Position numbers and translations under genes: made by a program. A DNA stretch of 64,000 bases from Octopus sinensis (Eukaryota): the NCBI RefSeq assembly GCF_006345805.1, contig NC_042998.1, forward strand, positions 76,446,001 through 76,510,000, in the 5' to 3' direction. The notes under the pieces are model-generated. The model was given only the letters and a program-made list of their open reading frames with translations, made no database searches and was not told the origin of the DNA. Positions 37,035-49,540 of the stretch are shown here, in pieces. The number at the start of each line of letters is the position of its first letter. Position 1 is the stretch's first letter.

Positions 37035-37800
37035 AGCAGCAATCTAGTAGAATGTTTGTCGTCATTTCGTCTGTCTTTACATTCTGAGTTCAAGATCCGT
37101 TGAGGTCGACTTTGTCTTCTATGTTTCAGGGTCGATAGAATAAGTACCAGTAGATCACCGGGGTCGATGTAGTCGACTTGCCTCCTTCCCACAACATTTC
37201 AGACGTGCCTATAGTAGAAATAATTTTCTAAGGACGGCAATTTGACAGAGTTGTTAGCACGCCGGGCAAAATATTTAGCGACATTTTGTCTGTCTTTATG
37301 TTCTAAGTTCAAATGCCACTGAGGTCGATTTGCGTTTCACCCTTTCGCGGGTCGATAAAATAAATAACATTTCAGCACTGGAGCAGATGTAATCGGCTTC
37401 CCCAGTCTCTGAAATTGCTGGCACTGTGCCAAAATTTGAAACTATTACTTTGCCTTTCATAATTTCGGGTTGGATGAAATAAAGTACCAGTTCAGCACTG
37501 TGATCAATATAATCAACTATCTCCGCTCTCTCAAAATTTTAGGCCTTATATCTATAACAGAAAGGATTATTATCATTACTTAAGGGTGGCGAACTGGCAG
37601 AATTATTAGAGAATCGGACGAAATACCTTGCGACATTCATACCGCCTCTTTATATTCTGAGCTCACATCCTGCCAGGTTCGCCTTACTTTACCTTTTTAA
37701 TCCTCCAGGGTCGATATAATAATGTACTAGTGAAGCAGTGACTAGTGATTTACTTTGTCCATTACTGAAATTGCTAAACTCGTGTCAAAATTTGAGAAAA
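37035..37800 (+). mobile_element. Head-to-tail array of old S1 SINEs
   Basis: About four S1 units. Confidence 0.8.
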
Positions 37801-37989
37801 AAAATATTTTTGTTAATTTTATATTTAACTTATACGTTGTTAACATCAACCTGTAGAACTTGAGCTATTCTGTTACCAAACTGCATTTTATTAATTGATT
37901 TACTCTTTCTTCGTTCTTTATTATCTTTCCGAATTACGTATCCAGCTTTTCACCCAGGATCCATTCACCGATCTATATATCTACCTACA

Positions 37990-38125
<136 letters not shown>

Positions 38126-39202
38126 TATCCTCTCATTTTAACCTGTCATACGGAGCAAAGCAGAAGAGAAATGTAATGACAAAATGAAGAAAAAGAAAAA
38201 AAGAAAAGGAGGCAAAAAAAACGAAGAAAAGTAAAAAGAAACAACTAAAATCCATGAGCCACGACGAAAATCTTCGTAAAATCAATGTAACGGAATGACA
38301 TAAAATTTGTAAGGAGTTTCTCTCTATACAATTTGGCAGTGAATGACACTAACGGCGGTGAAGACAGCCAACGAATACGATATCCGTCAGGCTACGCTTA
38401 TCTTTTGCGTAATGAATGTTTAGAGTTGGATGTCAGGCTGTGGCACATTAGCCGTCACACGTAGTCTACAATCAAATTCAGGACTCGCATTCAGCAGCAA
38501 AAAGGTATGATTGACTGGGATGATTGATGTAATCTATTATGTGTATGTAAATATGTTTTGGGAGAGCGTTTATAACCGTACAAATAAGGTAACTGACAAC
38601 CAACCGAGATATCAGTGGTTCGTATTCTATCTGTTGTATTACAATCTTTTCGTGGTCAGAGCATTTAAGTATGAAGTAACCTTTCGATCTTATTGAAAAA
38701 TAGGTCATTCAGAGGAGTAGGATGTTTCACTCATCAGCATCAGCACTGTGAAATTGACGAGTAGTTTATTACCGTGGAGTGTGAGTTTAGCTTGTAGAGG
38801 GTTGACCTCCGCTAGCTTGATCTCTTAATTAACTAGTTACATGAAAATTGAGACTCCGTTGCTGATTTTCTGATCGAATACGCTTATATTCATGTTGAAG
38901 ACGATTTTTGCATCGAAGTCAACATTAGTAAGCACGTGACCAAGAATTTAGAATAATCGCGACTAAAAAGTATTTTTAGATTCTCCTCATTGTTAGTTAT
39001 ACCCTTGTCACGTGCCTTCTATTTTAGAAGTAGGCAGTCACATTTAAAAATATTCAGTTACATCACTGGATGCAGTAATGTTTTAACAAAATGTAGTCAT
39101 GAATAAAGAGCAATTTCTTGTGCTTTTTCCGGGTTTAAAGTAGGACATAAATTCATAACACGTTTATTGATAGAAACACTCGTTAATATTACGATAGTCC
39201 AG

Positions 39203-39925
39203 AGACGGTGAGCTGGCAGAACCGTTAGCACGTCAAGCAAAACGCTTTGCAGTATTTTATCCGTTCTGACGCCTTGAGTTCAAATTCCGTCGAGATCGAC
39301 TCTGCCTTTTATCCTTTCGGTCGATAAAATAAGTACCAGTTGAACACTGGGGTCGATGAAATCGACTTACACCCTTCCCCGATCTTGTGGCTTTGTGTCA
39401 AAATTTGAAATCAATATTATAATATTCCAAGGTGGTGGGGCTGGATGTGGTACTGAAGCAGGAGCAATAACTTCTGAAATGTGCATATACACTCGTTACC
39501 TATTTTCCAAGTCGGCGAACTAGCAGAAACGTTAGGACGCTGGTATTTCGTCTGTCTTTACGTTCTGAGTTCAAAATTCTGCCGAGGTCGACTTTGCCTT
39601 TCATCCTTTCGGGGTCGATAAATTAAGTACCATTTACGTACTGGGGTCGATCTAATCAACTGACCCCCTCCCCTTAAAAAACGGACCTTATGCCTAGAGT
39701 AAAAAAACCCAGAATATTCCAAGGCGGTGAGCTGGTAGAATCGTTAGCACCCTAACCCTAACTTCGTCTTCACGATCTGAGTTCGAATGCCGTCGAAGTA
39801 GACTTCGCCTTTTATCGTTTCGGGATCGATAAAATAAGTGCCAGTTGAGCAGTGGGGTTGATGTAATCGACTAGTACCCTCCCCAGAATTGCTGGCCTTG
39901 TGCCAAAATTTGAAACAATCTTATA
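39203..39925 (+). mobile_element. Three S1 SINE copies
   Basis: Heads ggcggtgagctggcagaa at ~39205, ~39512 and ~39723. Confidence 0.85.
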
Positions 39926-39950
39926 ATATTCCTACTCCTTATACCGGAAA

Positions 39951-40286
39951 GGCGCATGGCTCAGTGGTTAGAGCGTCGAGCTTACGATCGTGAGGTTGTG
40001 AGCTCGAATCCCGGACCGGGCTGCGTGTTGTGTTCTTGAGTAAGACACTTTATTTCACGTTGCTCCAGTTCACTCAGCTGTAGAAATGAGTTGCGACGTC
40101 ACGCGTGCCAAGCTGTATCGGCCTTTGCCTTTCCCTTGGATAACACTGGTGGCGTGGAGAGGGGAGGCCGGTATGCATGGGCGACTGCTGGTCTTCCATA
40201 AACAACCATGCCCAGACTTGTGACTAGGAGTGTAACTTTCTAGGTGCAATCCCATGGTCAGTGTCGTGACCGAAGGGGGTCCCGGA
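39951..40286 (+). mobile_element. tRNA-derived CORE-type SINE (S3) with an 11-bp TSD
   Basis: A box tggctcagtgg, B-box-like gctcgaatccc, CORE-like tgtgttcttgagtaagacactt..ctcagctgtagaaatg; TSD tataccggaaa at 39940-39950 and 40287-40297. Confidence 0.9.
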
Positions 40287-40579
40287 TATACCGGAAAATA
40301 CCTCACGGTATCTATTTATAGCTAAGTGACCCAAGCGAGTGTCAAATATGTGCCTTCACCATGTATTAATTTAAAATACCTTGTGATATTTGGTGACGTC
40401 CCTTAACGATTCGAATTTAAATTTCACCGAGGTCGACACTTCGTTCCATCCTTCGGGGGGTCTATAAAATTAAACTCCAGTCAAGTGTTAGAATCGATCT
40501 AATCGACTATGACATCCCACCAATGCTTTAGAACTTCATAGGAAAAGTTAAAAGAATTTTCGAAATAATTATACTATAT

Positions 40580-40990
40580 AGGCGCAGGAGTGGCTGTGTG
40601 GTATGTAGCTTGTTTACCAACCACATGGTTCCGGGTTCAGTCCCACTGCGGGGCACCTTGGGCAAGTGTCTTCTACTATAGCCTCGGGCCGACCAAAGCC
40701 CTGTGAGTGGATTTGGTAGACTGACACTGAAAGAAGCCCGTCGTATATATGTATATATATATATATATATGAGTGTGTGTGTGTCTGTGTTTGTCCCCCT
40801 AGCATTGCTTGACAACCGATGCTGGTGTGTTTATGTCCCCGTTACTTAGCGGTTCGGCAAAAGAGGCCGATAGAATAAGTACTGGGCTTACAAATGAATA
40901 AGTCCCGGGGTCGAGTTGCTCGATTAAAGGCGGTGCTCCAGCATGGCCGCAGTCAAATGACTGAAACAAGTAAAAGAGTAAAAGAGTATA
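40580..40990 (+). mobile_element. Full-length tRNA-derived SINE, family S2
   Basis: Head ggcgcaggagtggctgtgtgg..ggttcagtccc, internal (TA)n(GT)n, tail gtaaaagagtaaaagagta; other copies at 25262, 59390 and 23791. Confidence 0.88.
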
Positions 40991-41362
40991 TATAAAACTA
41001 GTGTGGATTCCACTAGTGCTTTTCTTTTCAAAGCAACAACGATAGTTAACAACAGCATCAATAAGGAATTCTTTATTTGACACAAGGACAACAAAAACTG
41101 TCACAAAAATAACGCGAATACACCAACCATAATAAACAAAAATGAAAATAATAATGTTGAAAATATTTAGCGGAGCGTCCTCTCTTTCCGTATCTCTCCT
41201 CCCATTTCTTTCTCATTTACAACATTCCCCATTTACCATCAACAGACCGTAGCTGACAGTTTCCTAGCGGATAACCATCCATCGTATAAAAATTGGACGT
41301 CACGTCCACAGATACATCCGTTCCTTGTCTAACTATTAACATACAGTCATCATACTTATGGA

Positions 41363-41593
41363 ATCTTCTTCTTCCACTTCTCTTCTTCTTCTTCTTCTTC
41401 TTCTTCTTCTTCTTCTTCTTCTTCTTCTTCTTCTTCTTGTTCTTGTTCTTGTTCTTCTTGTTGTTGTTCTTCTTCTTCTTGTTCTTCTTGTTCTTGTTCT
41501 TGTTCTTCTTGTTCTTCTTCTTGTTCTTCTTGTTGTTGTTCTTCTTCTTGTTCTTCTTCTTGTTCTTGTTCTTCTTGTTCTTCTTGTTCTTCC

Positions 41594-41624
<31 letters not shown>

Positions 41625-41794
41625 CTTCTTCTTCTTCTCGTCGTCAATGTCATCGTCGCTGTAGCAAACTGTTATTGTGGTATTGGTAGTGGTCGTACTG
41701 TTTAGCCGCCGCCGCCGCCGCCCCCTCGCCTCCTCTCTGTTCCTCCTCTTCCTCGTCGTCGCCGTCGTCGACGTCATCATCATAATCATCATCG

Positions 41795-41829
<35 letters not shown>

Positions 41830-41998
41830 GTCATCGTCATCATCATCATCATCATCATCATCATCGTCATCGTCATCATCATCGTCATCGTCATCATCAT
41901 CGTCATCGTCATCATCGTCATCATCATCATCATCATCATCATCGTCATCGTCATCATCGTCATCATCATCATCGTCATCATCATCATCATCATCATCG

Positions 41999-42037
<39 letters not shown>

Positions 42038-42173
42038 GTCATCATCATCATCATCATCATCATCATCGTCATCGTCATCATCATCATCATCATCATCATC
42101 ATCGTCATCGTCATCATCATCATCATCATCATCATCATCGTCATCGTCATCATCGTCATCATCATCATCATCG

Positions 42174-42211
<38 letters not shown>

Positions 42212-42254
42212 GTCATCGTCATCATCATCATCATCATCATCATCATCGTCATCG

Positions 42255-42289
<35 letters not shown>

Positions 42290-42290
42290 G

Positions 42291-42325
<35 letters not shown>

Positions 42326-42367
42326 GTCATCATCATCATCATCATCATCGTCATCATCATCATCATC
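41363..42367. repeat. Compound trinucleotide microsatellites (CTT/GTT)n, (GCC)n, (CAT/CGT)n
   Basis: Direct reading; explains the homopolymeric ORFs. Confidence 0.97.
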
Positions 42368-42820
42368 TTTTCCTAAGGAATGAATTTTTATTATTGCCGA
42401 TAGAAAGGGTTATGTTAGGATTTCCGTCGATCTATTTCGGCTCCTCGATGCCCTAAGTCGAAACGTTGATTTAGACCAACCCTGATCAATTTCAACTATA
42501 ATTAAAGAATTCAAATCAAGCCCATTCCATTTGGAAATATGTAAATCTAAATTATTTATGCTGGAATATATCAGGCTACGCTATCTAACGTAATATGTTT
42601 TCCCTCCTTAGGGATATTTGCTGCTATTTCTAGTGACTAACCATGCAGCGGTTCTTTCGTTAGTTCATCTAAGTTCAAATTACATCAACTGCTGAGGAAT
42701 TTTCCTGAATATGTATAAATATATATATGCGTGTTTATGCGTGTATGTATATACATTTCTATCTACATTATTTACATGATTTACAATTGACGGATATTTG
42801 TCCTCATCTTGTTTGTTGTT

Positions 42821-42866
42821 AATGCAACGTTTCGGCTGATATACCCTCCAGCCTTCATCAGGTGTC
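42821..42866 (-). ncRNA. Type I minimal hammerhead ribozyme (stem I degenerate)
   Basis: gacac CTGATGA a ggctg[gagggtatat]cagcc GAAAC GTT gcatt. Confidence 0.75.
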
Positions 42867-43114
42867 TTGGCAAACTTTCGAACCTGGGTTCTCATTCCTA
42901 AGGTCTTCTTCTTCTTCTCTTCTTCTTCTTCTTCTTCTTCTTCTCTTCTTCTTCTTCTTCTTCTTCTTCTTCTTCTTCTTCTTCTTCTTCTTCTTCTTCT
43001 TCTTCTTCTTGCCCACGGGCATATGGCGTAGTGGTTAAGAGTTCGATTCGATTCCAAGTAGTGACCTGAATATCAATAATAATAATAATGATAATAATAA
43101 TAATAATAATAATA

Positions 43115-43569
43115 CTACAGCAAATATTCTGCTCAATACCACAGATTTGCTTGTCAGTTGTTTTACCTTAACCAGTTGAGCATGTCCCTTAGTGGCTGAC
43201 GATATGTGCATCTCTGATCACGAGCAGAAGTAGTGGGGGAGCATCATAGCCATGTGTTGAGAGGGATTCTTTGGGGTTTGAATAATTCACCTCTGGAAAC
43301 ATGGGTGGTTCTTTCAACATCCTTAAACAACCCTTATTCAGGGACCTTTTGAGCAGGGTGGGCTACTCAACCTGAAAAAAATTCTAACTGGGCCCCACCT
43401 GCAAGGTCATGTGCTGTTTATCTTGATATGAGATCACCATGTCGCGCACATATGGTTCTGATGCATGTGCCTGGTGTACCCTTATCAGACGGGTAGTCAT
43501 GATGGGTATATTGGGCTTCGTATATTTTACCCCAGTGTCACTTTGATGGCATGAACTGCTCTCTCACTC
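43115..43569 (+). mobile_element. R500 copy nested in the (AAT)n linker
   Basis: Reverse complement of 27769-28225; (AAT)n on both sides. Confidence 0.88.
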
Positions 43570-43605
43570 AATAATAATAATAATAATAATAATAATACTA
43601 ATAAT

Positions 43606-43639
<34 letters not shown>

Positions 43640-43789
43640 TCGAAAAATACTTTAGGAATGAGAATCCAGGTTCGAAATATCCCCAAGACACCTGATGAAG
43701 GCTGGAGGGTCGTCAATTGTAAATAATGTATATAATTCCTCATCTCTTAAATATAGAACTGAACATTTCTATGAGATATCGGTAGCCGT

Positions 43790-44420
43790 ACTCTTAGGAG
43801 TGAATCGAACTCCTATAATGGGATCTGCTTTTCATGTTATGTTTAGTCACATTCTCTTACCTGAGTCAAGATTTACTTTGATTTTTTTGTACTACTAAAC
43901 TACTGTCAGTTGAGTATTTGCTTTGGCAACCGAGTCCCCTTCATTCTTTGGACATGCCTAAACCGGCGAAGTTGTTTCTTTGCCGTATTATCTTTTCTAT
44001 ATCAAGGAGTCGAGCTTTATTTAGGAGTGTGTCTCTGACCTTACATTTCCATCTTATGTTTGTGATCTGTCTCACTTGTGTCTTCACGAATACATGCGTT
44101 CTTTTTATAACTATTTGCAATATATCATCCGTATTTCGATCTACATAACAGCATGGATAACACTATTGCTCAGTATACGATCTCGCGGTTGTTGTCCCAC
44201 TGTTACAGTCACAAACTCCAGAATCCCGGGTGGGTATTGCTTACCCTGCAATTTATCCCACTCAGTCTCCCTTCATTACTGATTGTACTACATAAATAGG
44301 CAAAGTCTGCTTCTACTGTCTCCGGTTCTGCCGAAAAGGAACGATAACCTTCTGGTTCGTAAATTTGGAATCTTGTTGCTGCATTGCCATCGAAAGCAGC
44401 CACAAAACACTGAATGTATT
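43790..44420 (-). mobile_element. RTE-clade LINE RT C-terminal fragment
   Basis: VEADFAYLCSTISNEG and IRWKCKVRDTLLNKARLLDIEKII resemble the RTE FTYLGS and W.DKV..TEVL motifs. Confidence 0.65.
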
Positions 44421-45024
44421 CTAACCTAGGAGGATAAGGAAATAATAATAAGCAAACAATATATATAATACAAGCTTAACTGTGGTTTTACCTTTAAGGT
44501 GCAACTCTTAAACGAGTAAGCAATCCTCAGTTGAGATGCAGAATAACTTTTCGACGAAAGCTGAAAAATATAATGAGAACAGACATATGTTATGTTTCTT
44601 GTGATGCAAATTCTTGATTGCATATTTGATCTAATCAAATTCAGGTGGATTTGGTGTCGCGGATGATGACGTGTGGGTTGTTTTATTTCTTCCAATGATG
44701 ACCTAATTAAGGAAAATACAGTAACGTATTCATTGCAAAAAGATTAATCAACGCATTTTCATAATATACTAATCAATCAATAACTATCTAGAGTCACCAT
44801 ATTGCACAACAAACACACTTCATACACCCCGACATACCCCCTCATCTATACGCACACACCCACATACACGCCCACGCATGTATATATATATATAAAATAT
44901 ACAATAAACTTACAAGAATACAAGAATAAACAATCACAAATCAGTATGAGACCTACATACATACATACATACATACATACATACATACATACATACATAC
45001 ATACATACATACACCACACACACA

Positions 45025-45055
<31 letters not shown>

Positions 45056-45318
45056 CCACACACACATATATATATTATATATATATATATATATATGAAT
45101 ATACATAAATACATGTATATATATATTTATATATATATATATTTACACACAGAGACAAATATAGAAATATGTTTGCATGAAGCCTAGTATCTCACTCATT
45201 TTCCCCAAAGCGAAAACAAATTGACATAGCAAATCTTACCACATACACATACATACATACATATATACATACATACATACATACATACATACATACATAC
45301 ATACATACATACGTACGT

Positions 45319-45352
<34 letters not shown>

Positions 45353-45933
45353 ACACATATCTCACTCTTCTCTTCCGACATATATATAAGCATATAAACA
45401 TATATGATATATTACATACATGTATGTGTGTGTGTGTGTGTGTGTGTGTCTGTGTTAGTGTTTATCTCATTATACAGTTCCCAGCTTTTGCATATGTTAC
45501 TGCAATTGGTATTTCAAACACGATCGTTATTACCTAAACATTAGCATTAATAAGCTGCCTTTCTTAATCTTTTCTCGGCAAGAGGGATTATTACCAAAAT
45601 GTCGTAAGTTTGCAATCATCATCAGGTCCATAACCATAAACCTCAACCATCATCATCATCCTCAGCAGCAGCAGCATCAGTAGCAGCTTTAGCAGCAGCA
45701 ACAGCAGCATTATCGTGATCAGCATCAAATATTTGCATTACTATTGTCCAGACCTGATCTTCCTTATCCACGGTATTTACAACAGTTCAACAAGCAAACA
45801 TTGGCGTACAAACAACCACACGTACACATATAGACACACAAAAACATATACATAATACTCATATGAACGCACATACATAAACATATGTCTGCGCGCACAC
45901 TCATATATATGTTCTTATATGCACTTAGAGTGG

Positions 45934-46232
45934 AGGCGCAATGGCCCAGTGGTTAGGGCAGCGGACTCGCGGTCGGAGGATCGCGGTTTCGATTCCCAGA
46001 CCGGGCGGTGTATGTGCTTATTGAGCGAAAATACCTAAAAGCTCCACGAGGTTCCGGCAGGGGTGGTGGCGACTCCTGTTGTACTCTTTCGCAACAACTT
46101 TCTCTCACTCTCTCTTCCTGTTTCTTGAGTAACGCTGCGATGGACTGGCGTCCCGTCCAGCTGGGGGGAACACGTACGCCACAGAAACCTGGAAACCGGG
46201 ACCATGAACCTGGCTAGGCTTGAAACGGGCGA
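45934..46232 (+). mobile_element. tRNA-derived SINE (S4)
   Basis: A box tggcccagtgg, B box gtttcgattccc, distinct body. Confidence 0.8.
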
Positions 46233-46244
46233 CTCACATATCTA

Positions 46245-46292
<48 letters not shown>

Positions 46293-46520
46293 TTTATGTA
46301 TACATACATATATATATATATATACACACATATGTATGTACATATATATAAATACATGCACACTCACACACACCCACTCACATATACATATATATGTGGG
46401 TGGGTGTACATATTTCTAAGCTTGGTAATTATCTTATCGGTCTTTTTTCTCACTTACCCTCTTTGGTAAATGGAATAAGTATAAAAATGAATCTTTTCAA
46501 TTTAACTAAATTCTATATTT

Positions 46521-46612
46521 ATATGGAGCTGAAGATTGCTCTACATTTTAAAACTGATGTAATACTTGCATTATTTAATTAAATGGAGTCGCATGAAACG
46601 ATCGTACTGCAT
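46521..46612 (+). ncRNA. Degenerate type I hammerhead with long stem II
   Basis: atggag CTGAAGA [59 nt] GAAAC GATC GTA ctgcat; the downstream 130 nt are homologous to 52630-52780. Confidence 0.6.
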
Positions 46613-47170
46613 TACCTTTGGATATCCTTGTTGCTTATTTTGATTATAACCACCGCATTTTGAATTATATGGATAATACCATACCAAATTCTGGTGCCTT
46701 TCACTTAAGTAACATATTCAACTGAATCTAAATTTTTACTGAACTTATATATATATATGAGAGGTTATGGTATCCAGAACCACCCAAAATGGCAGGTAAG
46801 GCTATGTAATGGCAACTCTAGTACTCGGGTTGTTCGGGCTTAGCCAAAGTATAAATTTAGTAAAGCCACTTGCACGTTAATTTCAGAGGCAGGCTGGTTC
46901 GTTGATCAGATGAACTGGAACACACATCGTCGTAACCGATGGAATATCAGTTAGTATAAATCAACCTCGTCCTCCACCAACATTACCATTCGATCAATGC
47001 CATCGATTCTTCTATGCAAGAATTGGGCAACAAAGTCATCAACGGCATCGCCATAGGAAGCGTTCAGCAAAGAAATTAAATTTTCGGATTCGAAACATAC
47101 ACATACATATGCATATATTATTTACATTATTTACATTTGACGGATATTTGTCCTCATCCTGTTTGTTGTT

Positions 47171-47216
47171 AACTCATCGTTTCGGCTGATATACCCTCCA
47201 GCCTTCATCAGGTGTC
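47171..47216 (-). ncRNA. Type I minimal hammerhead (cleavage triplet mutated to GAU)
   Basis: gacac CTGATGA a ggctg[10]cagcc GAAAC GAT gagtt. Confidence 0.7.
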
Positions 47217-47287
47217 TTCGGTGCTCATTCCTAAGGTATTTTTCGATATTATTATTATTATTATTATTATTACTATTATTATTACTA

Positions 47288-47364
47288 TTCAGGTCACTGC
47301 CTGGAATCGAACTCGGAATCTTGGGATTAGGAGCCCGCGCTCTTAACCAATACGCCATATGCCC
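47288..47364 (-). promoter_or_regulatory. tRNA-like head with Pol III A and B boxes
   Basis: GGGCATA-TGGCGTATTGG-TTAAGAGCGCGGGCTCCTAATCCCAAGATTCCGA-GTTCGATTCC-AGGCAGTGACC; weak acceptor stem, so not a true tRNA. Confidence 0.8.
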
Positions 47365-47437
47365 ACAGGCAGTGACCTGAATAACAACATCGAAAAATAC
47401 CTTGGGAATGGGAACCCCGGTTCGAAATTTCCCCCAA

Positions 47438-47483
47438 GACACCTGATGAAAGTTGGAGGATATATCAACCGAAACGTTGTGTT
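47438..47483 (+). ncRNA. Type I minimal hammerhead ribozyme, predicted cleavage after GUU at 47478
   Basis: Stem I gacac/gtgtt, core CTGATGA, stem II (a)gttg/caac(c), GAAAC GTT. Confidence 0.8.
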
Positions 47484-48619
47484 AACAACAAACAAGATGA
47501 GGTCAAATATCCGTGAATTGTAAATAATGTAAAAATAATGTACATAATTCCTCATCTCTTAAATATAGAACTATATGCATAAAGGTATTTAAATATGTTT
47601 TTGCTCTATGCAAAGGGCTATCAAAACAACCCACTTTCACATGCGCTTAGACACACACACACGTGCACGCACATGGGCATACTCATATGTGTGCGTGTTT
47701 ATTTGTGTGCACGCGTGAGAATTTGTTTGTGTGTGCATGTATATATTTATATATAGTTAACTTGAAAGATATTTAACTATATCTAATCAGCTGTCTAGTA
47801 ATGTTTCCCTCTCTGTGTGTTCTCCTTCTCTCTCTCTGTTTATACAGATTAATAGAGAGGAAGAGGGGTGAGGGAGAAAGAGAGAGGGTGTTTGTAGCTC
47901 GAGAGATACTGATAGACGAGGGATGGAACTGGCTTGACGAAGAGACCAAAACACGAATATGAACAACGCCAAAGCAACAACAACGACAACAGCGTCAATA
48001 TGATTTTGTCCGCCTAAGCTGTAATCTTGCAATACAACTCCGATGTTAAGCCGAAGTGATTAAAAGGTTCAAATGCGGAGCTGACTCACACGGATCCTCT
48101 TCACTAAAAATGTCGTTATATTGTTGGTTTAATAACTCGGATGTGTAATTCATATTGTACGGAGCTTGGGAAAGTTAGTGTGTGTGTGTGTATGTGTTTG
48201 TGTGTGTTCCTGTATATGCGTGGATGTGTAAGCATCTTTGCGTCTCTGAGGGGAATAAATGCCGAGCATGTTGTATCTTGAGCCCGCTGATTACTTACAG
48301 TGTGAAGCTTAGAAAAAGCGGGATTTTTTTTTTGTATATTTTCATATATTTTATTCACGATTTGTATGTCTTGGCGTATTTTCAATGCAATATTATATAA
48401 TATATTTTACAGTATCATATGCTAAACACTTTTGGCAATATATTAATGTACAATTTATATTTTAGCACCATCAAATCGTATTGTATTATATTGACATTTT
48501 ATCTCGAATTACATAACATTTATCATTGCTATTGTTATAGTAATATTACTATTAAAAGTGGTATCATTCCCTTAACTACAAATGTATAATTATTTGAATA
48601 GACGTACATACATTATTTC

Positions 48620-49540
48620 ATATTTGCCATAAGGCAATACATAGAAGGGTCAGACAAGGACAGACAAACATAAAAGGGTGAAGTAGCTTATACGATTAAA
48701 AATTAACAATGATTATCATACAGATGAGATTAAAAATGAATACATTGCTAAAAGCAATGTTTAACACGAAGGAAAGGCATCCTACACCAGAGTAGAGCCT
48801 TTGATTTCTTTCCGTGAATCCGCTTACTTGGTGCCAGTCACTCTCAGCTTTCTCTCCACAAGCTTCCATCTTTTTCTGAATCTCTCACGTGACAGGCACC
48901 TCTTCTCCAGCCTGATCTTACTGCTGAGGTGGTAACTAAAAAAGTTGATCAATCCCTGGCCAGATACAAAGGTACGCGTCACAATCCTTTTCAACCGCGT
49001 CTTCCATACTGTTTCTTTCAATATGGCCACTACGCAAAAAAACAGGCCTTCCTCTCCACGCTAAGGGAAGGAGGAGGCACAATCTCGATGAAGGACTCAG
49101 CTGATAGCTGTACTCTTCCCATCGATGTTCTGTAAAAACTATCAGTCCCGATAATTCCGGACATTCCACGAATGCGTGCAAGACGGTTTCCCTATCCTAC
49201 TCGCACCTTGGATATGTCGGTGAGACGGCACTTCCGTGCCTTGACAGTTTATCACGAACTGGTAACGCCGCACGGAAGCACTGCCAAGCCAGGGATTTCT
49301 GGTAATTATCCAGATACTCCGGTCCGAACGTTCTTCTGAACAGGTTGATCAACTGACTTTCATCGTAGTCCAGGGTCTCCCCCAAGGCATCTTCGGACTT
49401 CGATCCCACTGTCCAGCTATAGAAATCCGCAGTGGAACTCTTGTTGCCGGCATTGTCCGTCCGAGAGCGTAGCTGAAGTGCCTGACGGCACTCCAATTAC
49501 CAGTCCCCCAGTCTAGGTCTCTACTTGATCCATGTACCAA
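48620..49540 (-). mobile_element. Tx1-like LINE 3' fragment
   Basis: YLDNYQKSLAWQCFRAALPVRDKL, ETVLHAFVECP. Confidence 0.85.

Larger units (their letters stand above)
42763..43762 (+). mobile_element. tRNA-headed hammerhead element, inverted-pair insertion (locus 1), with nested R500
   Basis: Minus arm 42763-42904; tRNA head 43017-43070; (AAT)n; body 43638-43760; TSD acatttctat at 42753-42762 and 43763-43772. Confidence 0.8.
47116..47572. mobile_element. tRNA-headed hammerhead element, inverted-pair insertion (locus 2)
   Basis: Minus arm 47116-47366 with complete tRNA head; plus arm 47367-47572 with tail; TSD atatgcata at 47107-47115 and 47573-47581. Confidence 0.85.

Noticed and set aside
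39951-40020. tRNA genes at 39951, 40580, 45934 and 47288
   Set aside because: Poor acceptor stems and each continues into a repeat body; these are SINE heads.
41217-42456. Long poly-M/D/K/E/H ORFs
   Set aside because: Artefacts of trinucleotide microsatellites; open in several frames on both strands.
42430-42478. gtcgaaacgttg as a hammerhead
   Set aside because: No convincing upstream core or stems.
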